Assembly: GCA_026388185.1 (NCBI GenBank) | Contig: JAPLKG010000014.1 | Coordinates: 79,281-143,280, forward strand | Length of the DNA stretch: 64,000 bases | Direction of reading: 5' to 3' | DNA from: Candidatus Eiseniibacteriota bacterium | GTDB taxonomy: Bacteria; Eisenbacteria; RBG-16-71-46; JAFGJU01 | Shown: positions 1 to 8,700 of the stretch, one piece after another | Layout of the letters: each line of letters begins with the position of its first letter | How positions within the stretch are numbered: position 1 is the stretch's first letter | Notes under the pieces: generated by a model | The model's input: only the letters and a program-made list of their open reading frames with translations | What the model was told of the DNA's origin: nothing | Databases searched by the model: none | Translations under genes and position numbers: made by a program

Positions 1-179
1 TGGCCAGAACTTGTTGACGATACAAATTTTATGGTCGGTGGGCAGAGCTTCAAGAGCTCACTATTTGCCACACCAAGATCAATACTGGCTAACAAGACAA
101 ATGCAGCCGACCGCTAACCGCGGCGGCTGATTTGCGGCGTTGGGCGGCAGCATCTGACGACTCCTGAAGGGCTTGCACA

Positions 180-737
180 GTGGGTAACGAAAATGATGTT
201 TTTGAGTGGCGGCGATTTGGACATTGGCGGTCCAGCGCAGCGAAGGCCCGTTTCTCAGCCTATGTGCTTTGGCATATGCGAAGCGATTCGCGGCTTGTCG
301 AGATGGCACGCGAATGCGGTCATTTGGGCGGTGATTTCGAGCTTGGAATACTGGAAGCGTTTCGCCGCGAGAGCGCTGTCGCGCTTGAACTCGTCGTCAA
401 AGCCGTAATTGCAAATACGCTCCAAGCAAGAGCAGTCGATTCCGCAACCGAAGACGTTCCTGCAACACATGACCTACCGAAACTCTGGAAACAAGCCAAC
501 CTTCCCGACCTACCACGCGAAGATCGCTATCGCCTTCAACTTGTGAAGTCAGTGCTAATGTGGTCTGGTAGATACGCTACACCTCGTACCGTCAAAGCTT
601 GGAAAGAAGAAAACAAAGCCTTCGACGCACTGGAGGAGCCACCAGCGAATGCGGGCAAATTCATATTCCGAACACCTGTCACTATCGGCTGGGTCGAATT
701 TGATCGGCTATACCAAATTGCTCACGGCTTTCTCTGA
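180..737 (+). CDS. hypothetical protein (start codon uncertain)
   Basis: 185-aa ORF at window edge; no recognisable catalytic motif; GTG at 180 or an internal ATG could be the true start. Confidence 0.3.
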   Translation: MGNENDVFEWRRFGHWRSSAAKARFSAYVLWHMRSDSRLVEMARECGHLGGDFELGILEAFRRESAVALELVVKAVIANTLQARAVDSATEDVPATHDLPKLWKQANLPDLPREDRYRLQLVKSVLMWSGRYATPRTVKAWKEENKAFDALEEPPANAGKFIFRTPVTIGWVEFDRLYQIAHGFL

Positions 738-889
738 TGACATGCGAAAAACATTGCGCCTTGCAATATGCCGCCCAACCCATCAATCCACCGGACCTGC
801 GCGAAAAGCCGCGCAGGCCGGTGATTTCAAACGTTATCTCGGTGAGATTTCGCTTGACACGTATGTATTGTTGATGCATATTAATCTGC

Positions 890-1090
890 ATGAGAACTAC
901 ACTCAACATAGATGGTGGGCTTCTCCGCGAGGCCGCCAAACTTACTGGTGTTAGCGAGAAAACGTCTCTTGTCCGCATGGGATTGGAGGCGCTGATAGCG
1001 ATGGCCAGTGCTCGCCGGCTTGCGAAACTTGGGGGGACAGAGAGGGATTTGAGGTCGGCCCGTAGGCGACGGGCGCGAGTTGTCGCATGA
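890..1090 (+). CDS. vapB: type II antitoxin, VapB-like (AbrB/MazE or RHH-type swapped-hairpin)
   Basis: 66-aa ORF immediately upstream of, and overlapping (ATGA), a PIN-domain ORF; small, Arg-rich C-terminus typical of VapB antitoxins. Confidence 0.65.
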   Translation: MRTTLNIDGGLLREAAKLTGVSEKTSLVRMGLEALIAMASARRLAKLGGTERDLRSARRRRARVVA

Positions 1091-1449
1091 TACTGGTGGA
1101 TACGTCAGTATGGGTAGAACACCTTCGTGCGGGAAACGAGCATTTAGGGGTCCTCCTGCTGAAGGGTCAGGTTGTCACCCATCCCTTTGTGATAGGCGAG
1201 TTGGCGTGCGGTAATCTGCGTAATCGTGGGGAGATACTAAGGCTCTTGGCGGCATTACCTCGAGTCCCGGTTGCTGAGCACGAGGAGGTTGTGCGTTTTG
1301 TGGCTTCCAGGCGGCTTTACTCCCGTGATCTGGGGTGGGTGGATATTCATTTGCTTGCTTCAGCTCTGCTTGCCGGCTGCGGTTTGTGGACTCTCGATGA
1401 GGCACTGAAACGGGCAGTCTTGCATCTGAAGTTACCGGCATACCATTGA
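1087..1449 (+). CDS. vapC: type II toxin VapC, PIN-domain ribonuclease
   Basis: N-terminal MILVDTSVWV with conserved Asp5, further acidic residues (IGELA, VDIHLL, TLDEAL) in PIN spacing; 120 aa; 4-bp overlap with upstream antitoxin ORF. Confidence 0.85.
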   Translation: MILVDTSVWVEHLRAGNEHLGVLLLKGQVVTHPFVIGELACGNLRNRGEILRLLAALPRVPVAEHEEVVRFVASRRLYSRDLGWVDIHLLASALLAGCGLWTLDEALKRAVLHLKLPAYH

Positions 1450-1546
1450 GACAAGATAACAGGCCGTTGGAGCCGACGTCGTGCTTCGCGTGCCGCGGCT
1501 CATCGGCAGCGTTCGACGAACAAGAAGCATAAAGGTGGACTGAACC

Positions 1547-2407
1547 ATGTCAACTCGTCAGGCAGACCTACCGCCTAGCGTTCTTTTTGTGTCTAAGCTT
1601 AACACGCGAACCGATCTCAACGCAGGTCAAGAAGACTCTGGAATCGACGAACTGGCTGCCAGTATTGGAGAAAATGGGTTACTGCAACCTATCACCGTTC
1701 GACCAGTTTCCGGAGGGCGTTATGAAGTCGTTATCGGTCAGCGTCGCTTCCTGGCCTGTAAGAGGGCGGGGCTTGGCAGCATTCCCTGTCTAGTACGTGA
1801 TGACCTCGCCGACGCCGACGCGGTGACTATCTCGCTCGTGGAGAACGTCCACCGAGCTGACATGAGTCCCCTTGACAAAGCGCGCGCTCTTAAGTCGCTA
1901 TACGATCGTCACGACTCATACGAGAAAGTGGCCAAGGAGACCTCGTGGTCCACCAAGACAATCCGAAAGTACATGAGCCTTCTGGACCTGCCTCGGGACT
2001 TGCAGCAGAGAATTGGTACTTCTGACGGTCCCTCTGGCGTCGGCGCACTTGCACGTCTCGCCAGAACTTTCTCGGGTCAGCAAGCGAGTGACGTGTACGA
2101 GAGGATAGCTGGCTTCAGGCAGCCTATACAGGAGGAAATCCTGAAGCGGAGCGGCGGCGACATCCTCAAGGTAGACGAGCTAGTCGAAGAGGCCATGGAA
2201 GGCGCCTTTGATACACGCATATGCGGAGGCCGTTTCAAATGCGAGGTAATCCGCGACCTTCTTGAGGGGCAAATCACCCGCGGAGATTTCGAGGACCTAG
2301 TAAAGGAAGTTGCCCAAAACGTCGGTTCTGATGTCAAGAGGGGCGCTCTTCGAGAGGCTGCGCGCAGCTTCTGGAAAGCCCTCGCCTCTGGAAAATCCAA
2401 ACCTTGA
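1547..2407 (+). CDS. ParB/Spo0J-like N-terminal domain protein (orphan, no parA nearby)
   Basis: ParB boxes: VVIGQRRFLACKRAG (GxRRxxA CTP-binding box) and LVENVHRADMSPLD (ENxxR box), followed by an HTH-like segment (YEKVAKETSWSTKTIRKYMSL). Confidence 0.7.
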   Translation: MSTRQADLPPSVLFVSKLNTRTDLNAGQEDSGIDELAASIGENGLLQPITVRPVSGGRYEVVIGQRRFLACKRAGLGSIPCLVRDDLADADAVTISLVENVHRADMSPLDKARALKSLYDRHDSYEKVAKETSWSTKTIRKYMSLLDLPRDLQQRIGTSDGPSGVGALARLARTFSGQQASDVYERIAGFRQPIQEEILKRSGGDILKVDELVEEAMEGAFDTRICGGRFKCEVIRDLLEGQITRGDFEDLVKEVAQNVGSDVKRGALREAARSFWKALASGKSKP

Positions 2408-2488
2408 GTTCGCCGAACCAGCGGCTGGAGCGGACGGAGAAACCCCCGCCGCTCACCCGCAGCGTTCGAGCCAACAAGGAGACCGAGC

Positions 2489-2920
2489 ATGAAGAGGTCA
2501 CAGCATCACACCGCATGGGCTGGTGCACTCGCCGTCGCGGCTGAGCTCTCGCGGCGCGGTTATGACGCCTCAATCACGCTCGGCAATACGCCGGCCCTTG
2601 ATCTCCTGTGCTCATCACCTGCTGGCGAGCCGTTCAAGGTTCAGGTCAAGAGTTTGACTGCGCCAAACTGGGTGCTGATCCGAAAGGACATGCTTGAGCC
2701 ACCGGTGCAGAAGAAGCTCTTCTTCGCCGTAGTGTTGGTCCCTGCCGAAGACGACAGGCCATTCGAGTACCACCTGCTGACGCACGCCGAGGTCTGCGCG
2801 CTACGGAAGGAGCAGCGTACGGTCAGGAAGGACGGTCGGCCGTACAAGCCGGGTATGGATGGCCTTTCGTGGGGCCAGGTGAAGCCGCACGCTGGCGGGT
2901 GGCACAAGCTACCCGAGTAG
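2489..2920 (+). CDS. hypothetical protein, possible PD-(D/E)xK nuclease-like fold
   Basis: 143 aa; E (AAELSRRG) ... D (ALDLLCSS) ... QVK (FKVQVKS) arrangement resembling a restriction-endonuclease-like core; weak. Confidence 0.3.
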   Translation: MKRSQHHTAWAGALAVAAELSRRGYDASITLGNTPALDLLCSSPAGEPFKVQVKSLTAPNWVLIRKDMLEPPVQKKLFFAVVLVPAEDDRPFEYHLLTHAEVCALRKEQRTVRKDGRPYKPGMDGLSWGQVKPHAGGWHKLPE

Positions 2921-3052
2921 CACTTGTGGCTCGAACAACGGGATGCAGCTGACGGCACAGAGGTCGTAGGCGAAACTGAAAGCCAGTGCGCCGCAGCTGA
3001 TCCCGCACACGTTATGTGTCCTGGCGCACCCTAAATCGCTTCGTGGTGCTAG

Positions 3053-3982
3053 ATGGAAACGATTTCAGACCTAGAGCAGCACATTCGAGACTTTATTAAC
3101 AGCCCCCGCAAGCAGTATGCACTTCTGCAAAGTCAAGCTGCGTGGAACATGCTTTGTAGCTGTCTTGACCTGATTGGTGATACGGGACTGGCTCTTGATG
3201 CATACGTGAAGCATGAGGAAGCAGAAAATTACGGTGGGAAGTATCTGCTCATATACGGCGTCCTTCAAGCGTTGTTCCTTCAGCAGGATGCAGTGGAGAA
3301 TCTCTGCGAGGCCCTGAAGCTTGATTACACACCGGACCCACTACTTAACGAGATTCGAGAAATTAGGAACGACAGCACAGGCCATCCTACAAAAAGAGGT
3401 GGCGGACAAGGCCGAACCTTCAACTTCATATCGAGGATCAGCTTGAGTAAAGTAGGTTTCGACCTTATGAAAACTTACCCAGAAGACCGAACGCCTTTCT
3501 TTCAGCATGTCAGTATCCCGTCGCTCGTTGCGAGACAGCGAGAAATTCTCCAGAGAACCCTTTCCGCAGTGGTGGACAAATTGCAGAACGAAGACACAGA
3601 GCACAGAGAACAATTTAGAGCTGAAAAGCTCCAAAACCTCTTTCTCTCCACGGGCTACTACTTCCAGAAAATGCTAGAGGCTATACGCGGTGGCCCTGCC
3701 GTGTTTGGCACTGCCCATATAAAACTCATCGCAGAAATAATCGACGCGTTCAAGAGCGCTCTCACGAAACGAGGGGAACTAGAGGCGTGCGACACCGTCA
3801 CATACTTCCTAAATCTGCTTGAGTACCCTATGGGGGAACTGACTACATACTTCAATTCACCAGATCAACCACGCCTGAACGAGAAGAGTGCATGCATCTT
3901 CGTTTTTTTTGTCGAGAAGCATGTCGATGAACTAAGGAGAATAGCGCGGGAAATGGACGAAATCTACGAATCCAAGCCTTGA
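3053..3982 (+). CDS. hypothetical protein with HEPN-type R-x5-H motif (Abi-like)
   Basis: 309 aa; motif EIRNDSTGHP (R-x5-H) as in HEPN RNases/abortive-infection proteins; gene lies in a visibly AT-richer segment than its flanks. Confidence 0.4.
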   Translation: METISDLEQHIRDFINSPRKQYALLQSQAAWNMLCSCLDLIGDTGLALDAYVKHEEAENYGGKYLLIYGVLQALFLQQDAVENLCEALKLDYTPDPLLNEIREIRNDSTGHPTKRGGGQGRTFNFISRISLSKVGFDLMKTYPEDRTPFFQHVSIPSLVARQREILQRTLSAVVDKLQNEDTEHREQFRAEKLQNLFLSTGYYFQKMLEAIRGGPAVFGTAHIKLIAEIIDAFKSALTKRGELEACDTVTYFLNLLEYPMGELTTYFNSPDQPRLNEKSACIFVFFVEKHVDELRRIAREMDEIYESKP

Positions 3983-4145
3983 CACGACCACATAACAAAG
4001 CAGTAGAGCCGATCGCCTCCAGCGTCCGCTCGTTCCTCGCTCCCGCTTCCGGCGGCGGCTCACCGTTGGCGTTAGGTGCACAGGGGCTGCGCGCTAATAC
4101 ATATAATAATATTGCTTTGTTGCCATATTCTGCTATACTGGATGT

Positions 4146-4436
4146 ATGAAGGCTGCGCGCTTCGAGTTGGACGAGGATAAGGACAGAGAGAACCAGGCCA
4201 AACACGGCGTCCCCTTCCGTCTGGCACAGCAGGCCTTTCTGGACGCACGTCGTGTTGTTCTGGAGGATGTCAGCCACAGTGTTGGAGAAGCTCGTCACTA
4301 CTGCATCGGGCAAGTCAGGGGTGCAATCCTGACGGTTAGATTCACTTATCGCCGCGATGTAATTCGCATCTTTGGAACCGGATATTGGAGGAGAGGAAAG
4401 AGGATCTATGAGGAACAAAATAAGATACACAGATGA
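4146..4436 (+). CDS. brnT: BrnT-family type II toxin (ribonuclease)
   Basis: 96-aa ORF whose C-terminal end (RDVIRIFGTGYWRRGK) reads like the BrnT/DUF497 family signature; immediately followed by a CopG-like BrnA-type ORF. Confidence 0.7.
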   Translation: MKAARFELDEDKDRENQAKHGVPFRLAQQAFLDARRVVLEDVSHSVGEARHYCIGQVRGAILTVRFTYRRDVIRIFGTGYWRRGKRIYEEQNKIHR

Positions 4437-4686
4437 GCGACTGGGTGAAGTTCAGCTTGTGAAGGATTTTCTTCCTCCGCCAGAGCAATTGGTGTTGAGG
4501 GAAGATACCGTTAAGGTGACGATTTCGCTGAGTCGGTCGAGCGTCGAGTTTTTCAAGAGTGTTGCGAAGCAGCGGCGTACGCAGTATCAGAAGATGATTC
4601 GCCACCTGCTCGACCTGTATGTGACCCAGTTCAGACAAAGGCCCCTAACAGGGCGCTCCACCAGACGTGCTAACGCGCGCAGGTAA
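4408..4686 (+). CDS. brnA: BrnA-family antitoxin (CopG/RHH-like)
   Basis: Track ORF 4372..4686; ATG at 4408 preceded by GGAGGAGAGGAAAGAGG RBS; product MRNKIRYTDERLGEVQLVKDFLPPPEQLV... typical BrnA; overlaps brnT 3' end. Confidence 0.65.
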   Translation: MRNKIRYTDERLGEVQLVKDFLPPPEQLVLREDTVKVTISLSRSSVEFFKSVAKQRRTQYQKMIRHLLDLYVTQFRQRPLTGRSTRRANARR

Positions 4687-4716
4687 GCGCCATCGGCAGG
4701 GAGCATGGAGGAGTGA

Positions 4717-5304
4717 GTGCCGAAGAAGCGTAACCAGATTCCAGCGACAGTTCGGAAGGCTGTCTTGAAGGAGTTCAACCACCGGTGTGCCGTTTGTGGC
4801 GCGGACAGGCCACACCTCCACCACATCGATCAGGATCGCTCTAATAACGACCCGAGGAATCTCGTTCCCCTCTGCCCGAACTGTCATCTCAGCGACCAGC
4901 ATGATGCCTCCAATGCCATTCCGCGCGCGAAACTTCGCCTTTTCAGGCATTACAAGCATCGCCACATTCTCAAGCCGCAGTTCAACCCGGTGTTTCGCCG
5001 CTTGGCCTTCTTGTCGTCAATTGACGATGCCGCCGATGTGCGTACGCTCCAGGAGAATGTGAGGGAGCTGGTTGCCTTGGCCCGGAGCCTAGCCATGGGC
5101 GAGTTCTACGCTGATTCACTCGGAAAGTTGCTTGATCGGCCGAAGCACCCGTGGATTGCTGTCATTGGCGACCCTGAGTCTGAGGCCCGATGGGCCGCTC
5201 AATCTCGCGAGGACGACCGTCAGTACCGCGAGCAGCTGCGCCGTGCGGGACCTGCCGCCGAGGCGCTCGTGATAGAGATGCTTGAGTATCAAGTGTGGTC
5301 TTAA
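4717..5304 (+). CDS. HNH endonuclease domain protein
   Basis: CAVCG ... HHIDQD ... NDPRNLVPLCPNCH: canonical HNH Cys/His/Asn motif set in first 60 aa; 195 aa. Confidence 0.8.
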   Translation: MPKKRNQIPATVRKAVLKEFNHRCAVCGADRPHLHHIDQDRSNNDPRNLVPLCPNCHLSDQHDASNAIPRAKLRLFRHYKHRHILKPQFNPVFRRLAFLSSIDDAADVRTLQENVRELVALARSLAMGEFYADSLGKLLDRPKHPWIAVIGDPESEARWAAQSREDDRQYREQLRRAGPAAEALVIEMLEYQVWS

Positions 5305-5346
5305 CTGGACAGATATGCTCCCTAACAAGTGGCTTGAGACGGACGG

Positions 5347-6141
5347 ATGCTGCGGCGTCGATCTGGAGTAGCACAGACCATGTCCAGCAACTCAGAAGAT
5401 CTTCTGAAGCCAGAGTGGATCGGCACATACAACACTGAGCTTGATGCACTTTGGTCTCAGGCTGTTCAGCTCAATTCCTGCCTCTACCTCCTTGAGAAGA
5501 TCGCACGTTTTCCCTTCAATGTATTCATGTTCCGGGGCCACCTCTGTTGGACTCTAATAGCGGGCACCCTCTATGAGACTTGTCTCATGGCTATCTGGAG
5601 AATCGCTGTCGACACCGGGGCAGATGTCCTCACGTTGCGATCGTTCAAGAACGAGCTCATGCAGAATGCCCAAGACGGCGCCAAGCTGCTGATTGCTGAT
5701 CGTATCAAGTCAGTCGATTTCGACAACCGTGTCGTGACCGTTGAACGAAGCGTCCGACAACTGAGGAGGGACTGGCTGGCTCACCTGATTAGAGAGGTTG
5801 CGTCTGTGGCACAGGCTGAAGGAAAAGGAATGCCCATCATACCGGTCGACCGGCTCAAGCTCGTACGCGACGCGATCAACGATCTTATTACCGCACTCAG
5901 CTTCGACGCCGGCAGAGCTTTCACCTACTTGCCATACAGCGAAAATGTGATCCATCCTATTGGAACGGACCCACGTTCGGATATCGAGAAGATTCTTGAC
6001 CATCTTGTAGAAAGCAGTCCTGTCTTTTCCATGCCAGAAGAACAGCCTGACTATTGGCGGCACGCACGGAAGTCGTTTACTGAGCAGGAACTCACGCGGT
6101 ACAATGAGTATCGTACCAGGCTAGGTCGATCTCCGGCTTAG
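5347..6141 (+). CDS. hypothetical protein (partner of HNH gene; possible R-x4-H motif)
   Basis: 264 aa; 42-bp gap after HNH gene; contains LRRDWLAHLIRE (R-x4-H) but no other recognisable signature; alternative start at 5380. Confidence 0.35.
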   Translation: MLRRRSGVAQTMSSNSEDLLKPEWIGTYNTELDALWSQAVQLNSCLYLLEKIARFPFNVFMFRGHLCWTLIAGTLYETCLMAIWRIAVDTGADVLTLRSFKNELMQNAQDGAKLLIADRIKSVDFDNRVVTVERSVRQLRRDWLAHLIREVASVAQAEGKGMPIIPVDRLKLVRDAINDLITALSFDAGRAFTYLPYSENVIHPIGTDPRSDIEKILDHLVESSPVFSMPEEQPDYWRHARKSFTEQELTRYNEYRTRLGRSPA

Positions 6142-6150
6142 CAGCTACGT

Positions 6151-6169
6151 CTAACTCTCGCTGCAGCGG
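6151..6169. repeat. degenerate copy of CTAACYNGC(C)GCTGCAGC intergenic repeat
   Basis: tctaactctcgctgcagcgg shares CTAAC..GCTGCAGC core with copies at 8208 and 10896. Confidence 0.35.
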
Positions 6170-6275
6170 ACAGCGGAGAGGGGAAGCCCCCGCGCATTCC
6201 ATGAGCGCCACTTACTGGAACGACGATGAGTGAACCCTTCAGCCTTTTCCCCGCTGCCGCTGAGCTTATCGTTAG

Positions 6276-6932
6276 GTGATCAGATACACGGAGGAAGAGA
6301 TGCACGAAGTATCTTCATTCTTTCGAGATTTTGCCCCGTTTCTTGCGGCCCTTGGCACGTTCCTGATCGGGCTAGGCGCTGTCATCCGCGCACTTCGAGA
6401 CCGGAGAAAGAGGAGGCGTGAGCCAATGTCAAAGCCGAAATTCATCGAAAAGACCATGTGGATTCTTGGAATCATATTCATTTGCGTCTCGGTTGCTCTT
6501 TTTGCTGTCTGGGCAGCAGAACTGAAATCGCAACCCAAGAATGTTGCGCTCACCACTGCCGCCTGGAACGCATTCAATGCCGGAAACTATCCTTTGGCCA
6601 TATCAAAAGCACGGGAATGTATTGACGAATTCCGAGGAGCTGCCGATCGCCAACAGGCCAAACTTGAAAAACAGAAAGTCTCTTCTCCATCTGAAGGTAG
6701 GGTTGGGCAGACCGAAAGGCAGAAGATCTTAGCCCGTGGCCCACTCAACGATGCCGCCACCTGCTACTATGTCATTGGCAGGTCTGCAGAATATCTGAAT
6801 AAGCTTGATCTCGCCAAGGAAGCCTATGAGAACGCAACCCGCTATACATACGCTCGCACATGGGATCCGGCAGGACAATTGTTTTGGTCTCCGGCAGAAG
6901 CGGCAAGTGATCGTTTGGCGGGTCTAAAGTGA
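6276..6932 (+). CDS. membrane-anchored hypothetical protein (2 TM, TPR-like C-terminus)
   Basis: Two hydrophobic helices (FLAALGTFLIGLGAVI; MWILGIIFICVSVALFAVWAA) then soluble domain. Confidence 0.4.
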   Translation: MIRYTEEEMHEVSSFFRDFAPFLAALGTFLIGLGAVIRALRDRRKRRREPMSKPKFIEKTMWILGIIFICVSVALFAVWAAELKSQPKNVALTTAAWNAFNAGNYPLAISKARECIDEFRGAADRQQAKLEKQKVSSPSEGRVGQTERQKILARGPLNDAATCYYVIGRSAEYLNKLDLAKEAYENATRYTYARTWDPAGQLFWSPAEAASDRLAGLK

Positions 6933-6959
6933 TTCTCGAGCGCTTCTATGTGCTCTCAG

Positions 6960-7003
6960 CTAACCCGCCCATGGACCTGACGAGCGGCCCGGCTGCCCGC
7001 AGG
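6960..7003. repeat. GC-rich element upstream of CPBP gene 1, related to element upstream of CPBP gene 2
   Basis: ctaacccgcc ... ggcccggctgcccgcagg resembles ctaacccgcc ... ggccgcagcccgtcctgg at 10896-10935. Confidence 0.35.
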
Positions 7004-7069
7004 TGATGGACATTCGTTAGACAGACAAGCTCTGTAATCGGTTCTGAAGTTGGCTATTTCGGAGATGCC

Positions 7070-7897
7070 ATGACCCGCCGCCTAACAATCTTTCTCGCGG
7101 CCTCCTTTCTGGTCACATGGACCTGTTGGGGGATCTTGGTGCCACTGGCTCGCGCACGGACAATGGTCTACGGCCAGCCGCCTTTCATGTGTCTTTACAT
7201 GCTCGGCGGCCTGGGACCGACCATTGCCGCCTACATAGCGGTGCTGGCTACACGGGCGCAATCGCCCCTCGGGGAGTTTCACTCGCGACTTTTCCGCTGG
7301 AGAGTTGCGGGGTGGTGGTACGTCATTGCAGCTGCGCTTCCCGCGGCTCTTGCTCTGGCGTCGGTGGGCGTTGCCGTCTTAGTTGATCCTGATTTCCTGA
7401 GGGGATTGTCCGTGCGGCCTTGGTACATGCTCGTCCCCCTCTTTTTCGTAATGGTCGGTGGCGGCGGCCTAGAGGAACTCGGCTGGCGGGGGATCGCTCA
7501 GCCCGAGATGGAGCGGTGCCTTCGCCGTCCGACCGCCGCGGTGCTGGTCGGCCTGATCTGGTCCCTATGGCATCTTCCGCTGTTCGTCCTTCCCGGCGTC
7601 GGGCAGTATGGGACCAACTTCCCTGTGTTTGCCATCGGGCTTGTCGGTGAAGCCCTGATCTTGGCTTGGCTTTATGGTCGTACCGAGAGCATTCTCCTCT
7701 GCATTCTCTTCCACGCCGGCTGGAATGCCGTTGCGACCCTTGGCTTGGCAATTCCGTCCGACCAGCGTCTGCTGGCCGTGCTGGATGCGTGCCTCAGGGT
7801 GGTCGTTGGCGCACTTCTTCTGGCCGTCGGTTCGGCGCTGTCTGACAAGCGCATGGAGCCCACGGCGCCCAGCGCGATCATGGAGCGCCGCGGCTGA
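7070..7897 (+). CDS. CPBP-family (CAAX protease/Abi) intramembrane metalloprotease
   Basis: Motifs EELGWRG (EExxxR), LIWSLWHLP (FxxxH), FHAGWN (HxxxN) in multi-TM protein, 275 aa. Confidence 0.8.
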   Translation: MTRRLTIFLAASFLVTWTCWGILVPLARARTMVYGQPPFMCLYMLGGLGPTIAAYIAVLATRAQSPLGEFHSRLFRWRVAGWWYVIAAALPAALALASVGVAVLVDPDFLRGLSVRPWYMLVPLFFVMVGGGGLEELGWRGIAQPEMERCLRRPTAAVLVGLIWSLWHLPLFVLPGVGQYGTNFPVFAIGLVGEALILAWLYGRTESILLCILFHAGWNAVATLGLAIPSDQRLLAVLDACLRVVVGALLLAVGSALSDKRMEPTAPSAIMERRG

Positions 7898-7957
7898 AGC
7901 ACTGGCGTTAGAAGCGGTGTGGGATCTTTTCCCTTTTGAAGATGAAAGGAGAGCGAT

Positions 7958-8182
7958 ATGCCAACAATCAGAGTGACGGTTCTTCGCGATGGTGAGCCAG
8001 TCAGCGGACATCGTGTCGCTCTTAGTTTCAGTGAAGGGACGTCAGATCCGGAATACACAGATGCCGATGGCGTTGCCGAATTCGATGTGGAATACGGGCA
8101 AGAAGGCGACGTATTCGTGGACGGTCGCAACGTTGACAGTTGGGGCTCGTACAGTGCGACCGACATAACGGTAGAGCTTTGA
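7958..8182 (+). CDS. small hypothetical protein (beta-rich)
   Basis: 74-aa ORF with RBS-like GGAGAG upstream; no known motif. Confidence 0.3.
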   Translation: MPTIRVTVLRDGEPVSGHRVALSFSEGTSDPEYTDADGVAEFDVEYGQEGDVFVDGRNVDSWGSYSATDITVEL

Positions 8183-8204
8183 TATCTTGTAGTTCCTATG
8201 TTAG

Positions 8205-8360
8205 CTTCTAACCTGCCGCTGCAGCCGGCCGCACTACCGGCTCAGCGTAGGAGACGTGCGAGTGTTCTATGACGTAACGGAGGGGACGGTAGAGATTCTT
8301 GCGGTTATCCTTAAGTCACAGGCCAGTAGATGGCTGGAAGAGAAAGGTAAGCATTCATGA
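8205..8360 (+). pseudogene. 5'-truncated RelE/ParE-superfamily toxin remnant
   Basis: Open frame encodes ...HYRLSVGDVRVFYDVTEGTVEILAVILKSQ..., matching RelE/ParE core (yelrigdyRiiYrvde.ktvyvlri) but only about 50 codons with no upstream N-terminal half; stop overlaps phd start (ATGA); truncation point coincides with 26-nt repeat. Confidence 0.55.
8208..8233. repeat. 26-nt repeat CTAACCTGCCGCTGCAGCCGGCCGCA
   Basis: 24/26 identical to 10896..10921. Confidence 0.6.
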
Positions 8361-8602
8361 GGAAGGTAGCTCTTTCAACCATGAAGGATGATCTGTCGCG
8401 TTTTCTTCGTCTCGCGGAGAAGGAGCGGATTATCATTACTCGTCATGGGAAGCCCGCTGGGGTACTTATTGGTTTCAAGACTGAGGACGAGTGGTTTGAA
8501 TACAGGATGGAGAACGATCCTCGTTTCTTAAAGCGGATTGCCGCTGCACGTCGCAGTCTCCGCGCAGGCCACGGTGTGCAACTTGAAGCAGCCGATGTGT
8601 GA
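8357..8602 (+). CDS. Phd/YefM-family antitoxin
   Basis: MRKVALSTMKDDLSRFLRLAEKERIIITRHGKPAGVLIG matches Phd/YefM N-terminal fold; 81 aa; no intact toxin downstream. Confidence 0.75.
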   Translation: MRKVALSTMKDDLSRFLRLAEKERIIITRHGKPAGVLIGFKTEDEWFEYRMENDPRFLKRIAAARRSLRAGHGVQLEAADV

Positions 8603-8700
8603 GCTCATGGATGCCCAACCTGCGGCATGGAGCGGACGGTCTAACGCCCGCCGCTCATACGTAACGTTATGCCTCTTAACGCAAAAGGAGGTGACCACAA

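Noticed and set aside
180-737. First ORF as a HEPN or toxin protein
   Set aside because: Looked for R-x4-6-H and other nuclease motifs. Only inconclusive fragments (VPATHDL), and the start is ambiguous. Left as hypothetical.
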